From Myxococcota bacterium (GTDB lineage Bacteria; Myxococcota_A; UBA9160; UBA4427), in assembly GCA_965250285.1 (NCBI GenBank), contig OZ252299.1, positions 5,344,001 to 5,408,000 of the forward strand: a DNA stretch of 64,000 bases, given 5' to 3'. Under the pieces are notes generated by a model. That model searched no databases and was not told where the DNA came from. It worked only from the letters and a program-made list of their open reading frames with translations. Shown here piece by piece: positions 9,356 to 18,141 of this stretch. The position numbers and the translations under genes were made by a program. The stretch's first letter is position 1. Every line of letters begins with the position of its first letter.

Positions 9356-9909
9356 GCCCTGTTCGCAAGAAGAGCGCGAAGCGCAAGGCTGCCAAGAAGC
9401 AGGCGAATCGAAAGAAGTCCGCGCGCAAGAAGGCCGCCCGCAAGAAGGCTGCGAAGAAAGCCGGGAACACGAGCGGCAAGAAGGCTGCGAAGAAAGCCGG
9501 GAACACGAGCCGCAAGAAGGCTGTGAAGAAGAAGTCGACTGTGGTGCGCAAGCGCGCCGCCTCGAAGCGCCGCGGCGTCGACCTCGCGATGATCCGCCGC
9601 GCGGCGATGGCCTGGCCCGGGGTCGAGGAGGGCCCGTCGTATGGCACGCCGGGCTTTCGCGTGAAGAAGAAGCTCTTTCTGCGGATCCACCAGGGGGGCG
9701 ACGACCTGGTCGTGCGACTCGACGACGATCTCTGCGAGATGCTCATGACGACCGAACCGACGATCTTTCACAAGACGCCGCACTACGAAGGCCACCCATT
9801 CGTGCTCGCGCGACTCGCGATCATGAGCGAAGCGCGGCTGCTCGGTCTGGTCGAGGATGCCTGGCGCATCTCGGCGCCCGCGCGCCTGGTCGCCGAGGTC
9901 GAAGGCTGA
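9352..9909 (+). CDS. MmcQ/YjbR family protein with Lys/Ala-rich histone-H1-like N-terminal tail
   Basis: KKAAKK repeats followed by PGVEEGPSYGTPGFRV...TPHYEGHP. Confidence 0.8.
   Translation: MSPVRKKSAKRKAAKKQANRKKSARKKAARKKAAKKAGNTSGKKAAKKAGNTSRKKAVKKKSTVVRKRAASKRRGVDLAMIRRAAMAWPGVEEGPSYGTPGFRVKKKLFLRIHQGGDDLVVRLDDDLCEMLMTTEPTIFHKTPHYEGHPFVLARLAIMSEARLLGLVEDAWRISAPARLVAEVEG
9441..9530 (+). repeat. 36-bp coding tandem repeat (about 2.5 copies)
   Basis: caagaaggctgcgaagaaagccgggaacacgagc(g/c)g at 9441 and 9477, partial copy at 9513. Confidence 0.9.
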
Positions 9910-9943
9910 CCCGGCCGTCCCCGCGTCGGCTACGCTCGTCGTC

Positions 9944-10165
9944 ATGGAGCCGCTCGGCAGAATCGTGATGTGGGCCGGTCTCGCCCTGCTGGCGGTCGGT
10001 CTGCTATTGCAGTTCGGCCCGCAGGTGCCGCTGCTCGGTCGCCTGCCGGGCGACATTCGCATCGAGCGAGACGGCATGCAGGTCTTCATCCCCATCACGA
10101 GCTGCATCGTGGTGAGTCTGGTGTTCTCGGGCCTGGCCTGGCTCGTGGGGAGAGTGCGCTCTTGA
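9944..10165 (+). CDS. DUF2905 family small membrane protein
   Basis: LGRLPGDIRIER...FIPITSCIVVS signature. Confidence 0.85.
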   Translation: MEPLGRIVMWAGLALLAVGLLLQFGPQVPLLGRLPGDIRIERDGMQVFIPITSCIVVSLVFSGLAWLVGRVRS

Positions 10166-10431
10166 GTCGATCGACGTGCCTGCGCGGGCTTGCCATTGCA
10201 GCCGTGCTCGTATTCGGCTGCAGCAGCGGGCCCGACAAGGAGTGCATCCACGTCTGTGACGTCGATTGGGAGGCGTGCACGATGGCGTCGCAGCGCGAGA
10301 ACGCGGCCTGTGAAGCCGGCTGCGGTGACCGCGACACCTGCCGCGCGCGCTGCGAAGCGGCCTTGCCGCTCGAACGCGATCGCTGTGACACGCGGCATCG
10401 GGGCTGTCTCGAGGGGTGTTCGGGCGGCTGA
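10162..10431 (+). CDS. Small cysteine-rich lipoprotein
   Basis: TTG overlapping the upstream stop; VLVFGC lipobox; 10 further Cys with CxxxC spacing. Confidence 0.6.
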   Translation: MSRSTCLRGLAIAAVLVFGCSSGPDKECIHVCDVDWEACTMASQRENAACEAGCGDRDTCRARCEAALPLERDRCDTRHRGCLEGCSGG

Positions 10432-10445
10432 ACGGGAGTGGAGCG

Positions 10446-10811
10446 ATGGCGATCCCGACCCACGGCCTCACGCATCTGAGCCTGAGCGTGCGCGATCCCG
10501 AGGCTTCGAAGGCGTTCTACGAGCAGCTCTTCGGCGTGCGTGAACTGCACCGCGAGCCGGGGCAGATTCAGGTGGCCGGGCCCGGGGCCCACGACGTGAT
10601 CGTATTCGAGCGGCGCGAAGGCGCCGGAACGACGGGCGGGATCGATCACTTCGGCTTTCGGCTGCGCGATCCGGCCGACATCGAGGTGGCGCTCCGCGAA
10701 GCAAAGGCTGCGGGCGCGAAGATCGTGCGCCACGGCGAGTTCGAGCCGGGCTCACCCTACCTCTACATCGAGGATCCCGACGGCTACACGATCGAGATCT
10801 GGTACGAGTAG
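10446..10811 (+). CDS. VOC family protein
   Basis: GLTHLSLSVRD...GIDHFGF...DPDGYTIEI. Confidence 0.9.
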   Translation: MAIPTHGLTHLSLSVRDPEASKAFYEQLFGVRELHREPGQIQVAGPGAHDVIVFERREGAGTTGGIDHFGFRLRDPADIEVALREAKAAGAKIVRHGEFEPGSPYLYIEDPDGYTIEIWYE

Positions 10812-10836
10812 AGGCTGCTTCAGCGCGAGGTGCCCC

Positions 10837-11250
10837 ATGAGCGACGCCACCGACAAGAGAGCAGACCCCGTCGATCCGCGAGACTCGACCACGGTGCTCG
10901 CGGTGTCGGACATCCAGGCGAGCGTCGACTACTTCGTCGACGCGCTCGGTTTCACGAGAGACTTCATCTACGGCGACCCCCCGTTCTACGCGGGCGTGTT
11001 TCGAGGCCCCGTCGCGATCCATCTGCAGGGGCCCAAGGCGACCGAACGACCTGCGGGCGGCGGCAGCGTCTACCTGTTCTGCGGCGACGCACGCGCGGCC
11101 CACGCCGAGTTCACCGAACGAGGCGCTCGCGTCACCGCGTCGCCCGAAGCGCGCGACTACGGTCTCGTCGACTTCATCGTGCTCGATCCCGACGGCAATC
11201 AGCTGATCTGGGCGAGTGACGTCGAAGCGGCGGCAGGGAGCGAGGCTTGA
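10837..11250 (+). CDS. VOC/bleomycin-resistance family protein
   Basis: YFVDALGF...DYGLVDFIVLDPDGNQL. Confidence 0.85.
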   Translation: MSDATDKRADPVDPRDSTTVLAVSDIQASVDYFVDALGFTRDFIYGDPPFYAGVFRGPVAIHLQGPKATERPAGGGSVYLFCGDARAAHAEFTERGARVTASPEARDYGLVDFIVLDPDGNQLIWASDVEAAAGSEA

Positions 11251-11753
11251 GCGAAACGAAGGCACGCGATCTCGGGCCGATCACGATCGAGCCGATCGGA
11301 TGGATCGAGAGCGAACGCGACGAGGTGCGCGACGACGATTGGGGTGGCTCGGTCTCGACGATCGTGCTGGCCGCTCGGTTGCCCGCCGAGGCGCTGCAGG
11401 GGCTCGAAACGTTCTCGCACGTGGAGGTCATCTTTCACTTCGACCGCGTGACGCCCGAGAAGATCGTGGCCGGCGCGCGGCACCCGCGAAACAACGAAGA
11501 CTGGCCTGCGGTCGGCATCTTCGCGCAGCGCGGCAAGAACCGGCCGAACCGGCTGGGGCAGACCACGTGCCGTGTGCTGGGACGCGAGGGGCGGCGCCTG
11601 CGCGTCGCCGAGCTCGACGCCGTCGACGGCACGCCGGTGATCGATCTCAAGCCCGTGATGCCCGAGTTCATGCCGCGCGGCGAGGTGTTCGCGCCCGCCT
11701 GGTCGGCCGAGCTGATGGCGCGCTACTGGAACGAGCCGGGCAACGACGGCTGA
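11247..11753 (+). CDS. TrmO/TsaA-like SAM-binding protein
   Basis: FSHVEVIFHF, VGIFAQRGKNRPNRLG, LDAVDGTPVIDLKP. Confidence 0.85.
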   Translation: MSETKARDLGPITIEPIGWIESERDEVRDDDWGGSVSTIVLAARLPAEALQGLETFSHVEVIFHFDRVTPEKIVAGARHPRNNEDWPAVGIFAQRGKNRPNRLGQTTCRVLGREGRRLRVAELDAVDGTPVIDLKPVMPEFMPRGEVFAPAWSAELMARYWNEPGNDG

Positions 11754-11774
11754 CGTGCCGCGTGTCGCCGAAGC

Positions 11775-12230
11775 TCAGCCGCCTTCGATGATCTCGCGTA
11801 GGGCGACGAGGTGATGATTCGTCCAGCCCGACTCGTAATCCTCGAGCTCTCGGCCTGCCTTGTCGCCGAGGCGCTCGAAGCCGTGGTGGAAAATCTCGAC
11901 GAGGGTGCCCGAGAACACCGGGCGCAGACGAATCGTGTGATACGTCGTGGCCGGCCACGCATCGGGCCCCTCCCAGTTGCTCTCGTAGCTGAGCTCGCGC
12001 TCGGGCTCGAAGACGACGACCCGACCGCAGAAGCGCTCGACCTGGCCGTCGATTTCGACCGAGAGCCGAATGTCGCTCCCCTCGCGCGGCTCGAAGGCTT
12101 CGAGGGCGTGACCCCGGCCGAACCAGACCGCGAGGCGATCCTGCGTCTCGAACTCCTGCCATACGCGCGCCGGCGACGCGTCGATGAAGCCGCTGCGCCG
12201 AAGGTGGAGCGGGCCGATCTCGATTCTCAT
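11775..12230 (-). CDS. SRPBCC/AHSA1 domain protein
   Basis: IDASPARVWQ...GTLVEIFHHGF...YESGW. Confidence 0.85.
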   Translation of the reverse strand: MRIEIGPLHLRRSGFIDASPARVWQEFETQDRLAVWFGRGHALEAFEPREGSDIRLSVEIDGQVERFCGRVVVFEPERELSYESNWEGPDAWPATTYHTIRLRPVFSGTLVEIFHHGFERLGDKAGRELEDYESGWTNHHLVALREIIEGG

Positions 12231-12483
12231 GCGGTCCTCCGATCCGGTACGTGGGGCGCTCGGGGCGGGTGACATGCGCAGCGCGCTCGCACTGCATGCA
12301 GGCTGAACGCGGCACCCCGCGGCATGGCCCCGGGCGTGAGCCTGCCAGACCGGTGGCGCCGTCGTCACCCAGAATCGCGGCGCGCCGATCGGAGCCTTCC
12401 GATATGCTCATGGTCGTGCGGGAGCGCGCCCACGGCGACGTTTCTGCTCGCCTGCGCCCACTGCCCCCTGCGCCCGCTCGACC

Positions 12484-13119
12484 GTGAGGAAGATGGCGAT
12501 GGCTGGATCGGGCTCCCTCCCTCTGCCGATGCGGCCGCAGGGCCTGCGTGGTCGCATCTTCGGCGCCCTGATGGAGCGCATGAATGCCGGTGCGTACCGG
12601 CAGGCCCTCGACGCGCTGGCCGTGCAGGCCGGCGAGCGGCTGCTCGAGATCGGCTTCGGGACCGGGCGCTTCGTGGAGCTCGCCCTGCGCGCCGCCAGCG
12701 AGCTGAGCGTCGCGGGGGTCGACCCTGCCGAGACCATGGTCGACGTCGCGCGTGGCCGACGAGCGGTGCGCCAGGCCGGCGACCGCGCCGACCTGAGACA
12801 GGGGCACGACGTGCCGCTGCCCTGGCCCGATGCGGCGTTCGACGCCGCCGTTGCGCTGCATTCGTTCCAGTTCTGGCCCGAACCGGCCCGGACGCTCGTC
12901 GAGCTGCGCCGGGTGCTCGCGCCCACTGGGCGGGCGGTGTTCGTTCTGCGCGATCATGATCGTCGGCCACCCGAGTGGCTGCCGAACCCGATCAGTCGTT
13001 CCGGGGACGAAGCAGGGGGGCTGTGTCGACTGCTCGCCTCGAGCGGGTTCGAGGTCGAGCGAGCGGCCGATTCGATCGGTGCACCCATCGTGGCGCGGGT
13101 CGACGCTGCGTCGGGCTAG
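12484..13119 (+). CDS. Class I SAM-dependent methyltransferase
   Basis: LLEIGFGTG; LPWPDAAFD; LRRVLAPTG; start uncertain. Confidence 0.85.
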   Translation: MRKMAMAGSGSLPLPMRPQGLRGRIFGALMERMNAGAYRQALDALAVQAGERLLEIGFGTGRFVELALRAASELSVAGVDPAETMVDVARGRRAVRQAGDRADLRQGHDVPLPWPDAAFDAAVALHSFQFWPEPARTLVELRRVLAPTGRAVFVLRDHDRRPPEWLPNPISRSGDEAGGLCRLLASSGFEVERAADSIGAPIVARVDAASG

Positions 13120-13165
13120 ACCCGACCGGTCGGTGCGGCATCGGGCTCGAGACGAGGAGGCGAAC

Positions 13166-13603
13166 ATGAACGTGCAGGGCGAGTGCCTCTGCGGAGCGTG
13201 CGCATGGGAGGCCGAGATCGATCCCGGTCTCGTGTTCCTGTGTCACTGCGACGACTGCCAGATCCAGGGCGGCTCGGCCTTTCGGTCGACGGCGATCGCG
13301 GCGCCCGATCGTTTCCGGCTCGTGCGTGGCGAGCTCAGCGCATACGTGAAGACCGCGGAGAGCGGCTCGTCGCGGTCCCTCGCCTTCTGCACGATCTGCG
13401 GCACGCACGTGTACGGAGGGCCGCCCGAGGGCGAGTCGGGCATGCTCAGCCTGCGCGTCTCGCCGCTCGCGCAGCGTCGCGAGCTCGTGCCCACGGGCCA
13501 GGTCTGGTGTCGTTCGCGACTCGACTGGCTCGACGACCTCGAGTCGATTCCGGCGTTCGAGACGCAGCCGGGCGCCCGGCGCGCCGCCGAGGCTTCGAGT
13601 TGA
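13166..13603 (+). CDS. GFA family (CENP-V-like) zinc protein
   Basis: GECLCGA, CHCDDCQ, FCTICGT; GAGGAGG RBS. Confidence 0.9.
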   Translation: MNVQGECLCGACAWEAEIDPGLVFLCHCDDCQIQGGSAFRSTAIAAPDRFRLVRGELSAYVKTAESGSSRSLAFCTICGTHVYGGPPEGESGMLSLRVSPLAQRRELVPTGQVWCRSRLDWLDDLESIPAFETQPGARRAAEASS

Positions 13604-13860
13604 GGGCGCGGGTCGGGGTTTGCAGCGTGGTCGGCGTCGTCGCCGTGCTGCTCGCAGTCGCCTGCGTCAATCCACAGAAGCGCGACATGGAGGCGGCGCA
13701 GGAGCGGCTCGACGCGTGCATCGCCGAGTATGGTCGAGAGCATCCCGACTGTCGCGAGGCCGAGCTCGCGCTGCTCGACGCCCAGGCGCGCTACGACGAG
13801 AAGGCGCGGCAGGCGTGGTCCTGCGACCCGACGCAGGACTTGTGCCCGACGCCGCGATAG
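13600..13860 (+). CDS. Small putative lipoprotein
   Basis: TTG overlapping the upstream TGA; LLAVAC lipobox; 4 further Cys. Confidence 0.55.
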   Translation: MRARVGVCSVVGVVAVLLAVACVNPQKRDMEAAQERLDACIAEYGREHPDCREAELALLDAQARYDEKARQAWSCDPTQDLCPTPR

Positions 13861-13869
13861 ACCGTCGAC

Positions 13870-14229
13870 TCAGCCTTCGAGGTCGGCCCGCGCGATCTCG
13901 ATCTCGAAATACTCATCGTCGCTCGCGTCCTGACGCACCGCATGCGACGTGTCGTGCACCGGTGTCGTGCTGCCCGCCTTGAAGATGCACAGATAGATGT
14001 CGGGATGCGCCTCTCCGAAATCCTTGAACGCTTCGTCGGTGAAGCGGATCTCGAAACGCCCCTCGCCGTCCGTCTCGGACTGCCCGAGGTAATCGTCCTG
14101 AATGACGTCACGGTCGAACGCGTTGACCATGAGCCCGGCGATCGGGGTCTTCGAGTCGCGTTCGACCACGACGCCGCTCACGCGATGGTTCTTCCACTGG
14201 ATCCACGGGACGGGGACGAATCGGGGCAT
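13870..14229 (-). CDS. Transthyretin-like / carboxypeptidase-regulatory-like beta-sandwich protein
   Basis: VSGVVVERDSKTPIAGL...DDYLGQSETDGEGRFEIRF...PDIY. Confidence 0.65.
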   Translation of the reverse strand: MPRFVPVPWIQWKNHRVSGVVVERDSKTPIAGLMVNAFDRDVIQDDYLGQSETDGEGRFEIRFTDEAFKDFGEAHPDIYLCIFKAGSTTPVHDTSHAVRQDASDDEYFEIEIARADLEG

Positions 14230-14345
14230 CTCGATGCGCTCTCTTTCTCTTCGTGTCGCTCGTTCTTGCTCGACCGCCGGGTGTGACCTGCGGCGCGCCA
14301 CACGAATTCTCCCCACGGCTGGGGCGGGCATGTACCCTCGGCACC

Positions 14346-15674
14346 ATGTACCGACTCTTCTCGTGGGAACACAGCTACTTCTCGGGCAAGGTCAGAGCCT
14401 ACCTCCGTCACAAGCACCGGATGGGTGCACTCGGTGACGGTTTCGAGGATATCCTCGCGACCCAGGATCTGCTGGTGGGGCTCCTGCTGCCGAAGTCGGG
14501 CAGCCCGGCCGTGCCGCAGCTCGAAGCGCCCGACGGCACCTGGGTGGCCGATTCGAGCGACATCATCGACTTCGTCGAATCGCGGCACCCCGATGCGCCG
14601 GTGATCCCCGACCCGGCGACGCGGCCCCGTCAGTGCCTGGCCGCGCACCTGATCGAGCTGCTCGCCGACGAGTGGATGGTCGTCCCCGGCTTCTGGGAGC
14701 GCTGGTACTTCAGCGAAGACGGCCGCTCGCCGAGCCACCGCGCGTTCAACGAGCAGCAGTGGGGCGTGCTGATGGCAGCGGGGGCCGACGGCCCCGCGCG
14801 CCGGGCGGCCGGGGCCGGCTTCTTCGAGGCGGCGTTCAACATCTCGAAGGCGCGCACCGAGCCGCGCGGCGTCTACGCCGGGCTGGTCCATCTCGGTGTC
14901 GACGAGAAGACCGAGCTCGCGTGGCAGGCGGCGCAGCATCGCTGGCTCGGTCTGCTCGACACACACTTCGGCCATCACGACTACGCTCTCGGCGGTGCGC
15001 CGAGTCTCGCCGACTACGGCCTGCTGGCGCCGCTCTACGCCCACCTGTTTCGTGATGCGGTGCCGGGCTTCGCGCTGCGCGTGTTCTTTCCGGTGCTCGC
15101 CGAGTGGGTCGAACGGACGAACGGCGAGGGGGCGCTCAACGCCCGGATGAAGGGGCAGTCGCTCTACTCGATCGGCGAGTCGGGCGAGCTCGTCCCGCGG
15201 CCCGCGACCAGCGATGGCGGCGAGTGGCTCGGCGACGACGTCGTGCCCGAGACCCTGTGTCCGATGCTGGGCGTCTTCTTCGACGAGATGTGGCCAGTGC
15301 TCGACTCGGCCACGCGCACCCTGCGCGCCTACGTCGAGAGCGACGCGCATACGATCGGCGACGAGCTGCCCGGCAAGACCTTCCTCGCGACGCCGGGCTT
15401 CGAAGCGTTGCAGACGGGTGACGGTGCTCTGACTCACGCCTACGAGATCGAAGGCGTCGAGGGCCGACGCATGGTCGTGCCCTATCAGACCTGGATGCTT
15501 CAGCGCCTGCTCGGTGTGCTCGAGCGGTGCACGGCGAGCGAAGCCGGGCGGAGCGCCGTGCAGGATCTGCTCGCGGGGTTCGAGCGAGGCCCCGAGCTGC
15601 TCGGGCTCGGTGAGCTGCTCGGCGATCTGCGGGTGCGCAAGGCCGGGGCGCGGCTCTACTCGGCGCGCGCGTGA
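14346..15674 (+). CDS. Long glutathione S-transferase family protein
   Basis: SYFSGKVRAYL, VPQL...DSSDII, LGGAPSLADYGL. Confidence 0.8.
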   Translation: MYRLFSWEHSYFSGKVRAYLRHKHRMGALGDGFEDILATQDLLVGLLLPKSGSPAVPQLEAPDGTWVADSSDIIDFVESRHPDAPVIPDPATRPRQCLAAHLIELLADEWMVVPGFWERWYFSEDGRSPSHRAFNEQQWGVLMAAGADGPARRAAGAGFFEAAFNISKARTEPRGVYAGLVHLGVDEKTELAWQAAQHRWLGLLDTHFGHHDYALGGAPSLADYGLLAPLYAHLFRDAVPGFALRVFFPVLAEWVERTNGEGALNARMKGQSLYSIGESGELVPRPATSDGGEWLGDDVVPETLCPMLGVFFDEMWPVLDSATRTLRAYVESDAHTIGDELPGKTFLATPGFEALQTGDGALTHAYEIEGVEGRRMVVPYQTWMLQRLLGVLERCTASEAGRSAVQDLLAGFERGPELLGLGELLGDLRVRKAGARLYSARA

Positions 15675-15697
15675 GATCTTCGCGTCAGGAGACTCGA

Positions 15698-16087
15698 ATG
15701 GACTACCAGCTGAACGTCGTGCGTGTCTTCGTGCGCGATTTCGAGCGCGCGCTCGACTTCTACACGAATACGCTCGAGATGCCGCTCGCGCTGCGGGCCG
15801 AGGGGTTCGAGTGGGCCCAGCTCGACACGGGCGCCGCGCAGCTCGCGATCGAGTGCACGCCGCCCGAAGACGATGCGGCCGAAGAAGAAGAGGCCGAAGA
15901 GCTGATCGGGCGCTACGTCGGCGTCTCGCTGCGGGTGGAAGACATCGATGACACGTACCGTCGCCTGCGCGACCGTGGCGTCGAGTTCGTCCGCGCGCCG
16001 ACGCGCATGCCCTGGGGCGGCGTGCTGGCCGACCTGCGAGATCCCGACGGCAACGTGCTGACGCTGCTCGGCGAGCCGAAGACTTGA
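15698..16087 (+). CDS. VOC family protein
   Basis: VRDFERALDFY...MPWGG...DPDGNVL. Confidence 0.9.
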   Translation: MDYQLNVVRVFVRDFERALDFYTNTLEMPLALRAEGFEWAQLDTGAAQLAIECTPPEDDAAEEEEAEELIGRYVGVSLRVEDIDDTYRRLRDRGVEFVRAPTRMPWGGVLADLRDPDGNVLTLLGEPKT

Positions 16088-16154
16088 GCGCCGACCACGC
16101 GGGCGGGCGAGCGGGCGCGCACGCGAGCCGGTCAGTCAACGAGAGCGACTCGAA

Positions 16155-17618
16155 GTGAGCGATCGAAGAGACTACGGGCGCCCCACCGACGTGCGGGCGG
16201 TCGACCGCGTCGACACGTGGCACGACGAGGCCGACGTGATCGTCGTGGGCCTGGGCGCGGCGGGCGCCTGCGCCGCGATCGGCGCGCGCGAGTCGGGGGC
16301 CGACGTGCTCGTGCTCGAGCGCGCCGGCGGCGGCGGCGGCACCTCGGCGAACTCGACGGGCGAGGTCTACCTGGGCGGCGGCACTCCGGTGCAGCTCGCC
16401 TGCGGGTTCGAAGACTCGCCCGACGAGATGTACCGCTATCTCATGGCCGCCTGTGGGCCCGAGCCCGACCAAGCGAAGATCAGGCTCTATGCCGACGCCT
16501 CGGTCGAGCACTTTCACTGGCTGGAAGGGCTGGGCGTCCCGTTCAAGCGCAGCTACTACGCCGACGGTTCGTACATCCCCACCGACGATTGCCTCGCGTG
16601 GTCGGGCAGTGAGCTCAACACCCGCTACGCCGCGCATGCGAAGCCGGCACCGCGGGGTCACTCCGCCCAGAAGGAGGGCATCGAGGCAGGCGCCGAGCTG
16701 ATGCGGGCGCTCTGCGCCGCGACCGAGGCGAGTGGTGCGCGCATCGAGTCGAACGTGCGGGTCGAGACCCTGGTGCAGGCGGCCGATCGTACGGTCGTCG
16801 GCGTCGTCGCGCGTGTCGAAGGCGAAGAGCGCTGCCTGCGTGCTGGCCACGGCGTTGTGCTCTGCGCGGGCGGCTTCATCAACAACGCCGAGATGGTGGC
16901 GCGACACGCACCCTGGCTCGCACGGTGCAAGATGCGGCTCGCGGTCGATGGCGACGACGGGCGGGGGATCCGCATGGGGCAGGGGGCGGGCGGCGAGGCG
17001 ATCCGCATGGACACCGCCTGCATCGTGTTGCCGTTCACCGTGCCGAAGAAGCACATCCAGGGCGTGATGGTGAACGCGCAGGGGCAGCGCTTCATCAACG
17101 AAGATGCGTATCAGTCCGACGTCGGTGAGGCGGCGCTGCGTCACCAGGATGGTCAGGTCTGGCTGATCGTCGACGACTCGTTCTACGAGGTGCCGTTCCC
17201 GCCGGCCGAAATCGCCGGTGTGGGCGAGACGATCGAAGAGCTCGAGCGCGAGGTCGGCTTCGCCGAAGGCGCGCTCCAGCAGACGATCGACTACTACAAC
17301 GCGCACGCCGAGAAGGGCCAAGACCCGCTCTTTGGCAAGACGGCCGAGTTTCTGAAGCCGCTCGTCACGCCGCCCTTCGCGGCGCTCGACTATCGCGTCG
17401 ACCATTCGCTCTGGAGCGTCTTCACGATGGGCGGCTTGCACACGTCGGTCGACGGTGAGGTGCTGTCGGCCGATGGCGACCGAATCCCGGGGCTCTTTGC
17501 CGCCGGCCGCACGACGTCGGGGCTCGCCGCCCAGGGCTACTCGAGCGGGCTCTCGCTCGCCGACGGCACCTTCTTCGGCCGGCGCGCCGGCCGGGCGGCG
17601 GCCACGCGACCCGGCTGA
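16155..17618 (+). CDS. FAD-dependent oxidoreductase, 3-ketosteroid dehydrogenase / flavocytochrome-c-like
   Basis: VVGLGAAG, GGGTSANS, TMGGL, IPGLFAAG, YSSGLSLADG (FAD_binding_2 family). Confidence 0.85.
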   Translation: MSDRRDYGRPTDVRAVDRVDTWHDEADVIVVGLGAAGACAAIGARESGADVLVLERAGGGGGTSANSTGEVYLGGGTPVQLACGFEDSPDEMYRYLMAACGPEPDQAKIRLYADASVEHFHWLEGLGVPFKRSYYADGSYIPTDDCLAWSGSELNTRYAAHAKPAPRGHSAQKEGIEAGAELMRALCAATEASGARIESNVRVETLVQAADRTVVGVVARVEGEERCLRAGHGVVLCAGGFINNAEMVARHAPWLARCKMRLAVDGDDGRGIRMGQGAGGEAIRMDTACIVLPFTVPKKHIQGVMVNAQGQRFINEDAYQSDVGEAALRHQDGQVWLIVDDSFYEVPFPPAEIAGVGETIEELEREVGFAEGALQQTIDYYNAHAEKGQDPLFGKTAEFLKPLVTPPFAALDYRVDHSLWSVFTMGGLHTSVDGEVLSADGDRIPGLFAAGRTTSGLAAQGYSSGLSLADGTFFGRRAGRAAATRPG

Positions 17619-17628
17619 CGCCCGCGGT

Positions 17629-18072
17629 TCAGCTCTGCATCTTCTCGAGCATCGCCTTCATGTGGGCGTGCATCATGTTCACGGCCTGCAGTGGGCGGAT
17701 CAGCACCTTGAACTCGGTGATCTGGCCGTTGTCGTCGCAGGTGATCATGTCGACGCCGTTCACGTACTTGCCGCCGACGGTGGCCTCGAACTCGAGCACG
17801 GCCGTGTGTCCTTGCAGCACCTCGGTGCGGTAGCCGAAGCCGCCCTCGTTCTTCTCGGCGGCGTCCTTGAACGAGTCTTCGCTCGGCTCCTTGCTGCCGG
17901 TGAACGTCGAGCCCGCGGCCTGGAGGTACATCTTGGTGACCTCCTTGCCCTTCTGCGGGGTGAAGACGATCGGCGAGTAGAAGACGCAGTCGTCGTGGAG
18001 GAGGGTGTCGAGGCCTCCTTCGAGCTCGCCGCGCAGATGCTTGTGCCAATTCTCGATGCACTTCTCGATCAT
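17629..18072 (-). CDS. NTF2/SnoaL-like family protein
   Basis: LLHDDCVFYSPIV...NGVD...EFKVLIRPL. Confidence 0.85.
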   Translation of the reverse strand: MIEKCIENWHKHLRGELEGGLDTLLHDDCVFYSPIVFTPQKGKEVTKMYLQAAGSTFTGSKEPSEDSFKDAAEKNEGGFGYRTEVLQGHTAVLEFEATVGGKYVNGVDMITCDDNGQITEFKVLIRPLQAVNMMHAHMKAMLEKMQS

Positions 18073-18141
18073 CGTGTTCTCCTTCTTCGGGAGGGGCAGG
18101 CTAGTGCAGGGAGGGACGCGGTCAATGCGCCCTCGACCGCC

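Noticed and set aside
14178..17441. Very long antisense ORFs (1087 aa here; also 54132-57296, 1846-3741, 22743-24731 and others)
   Set aside because: Shadow frames opposite clear genes, expected at this GC content; no recognisable motifs.
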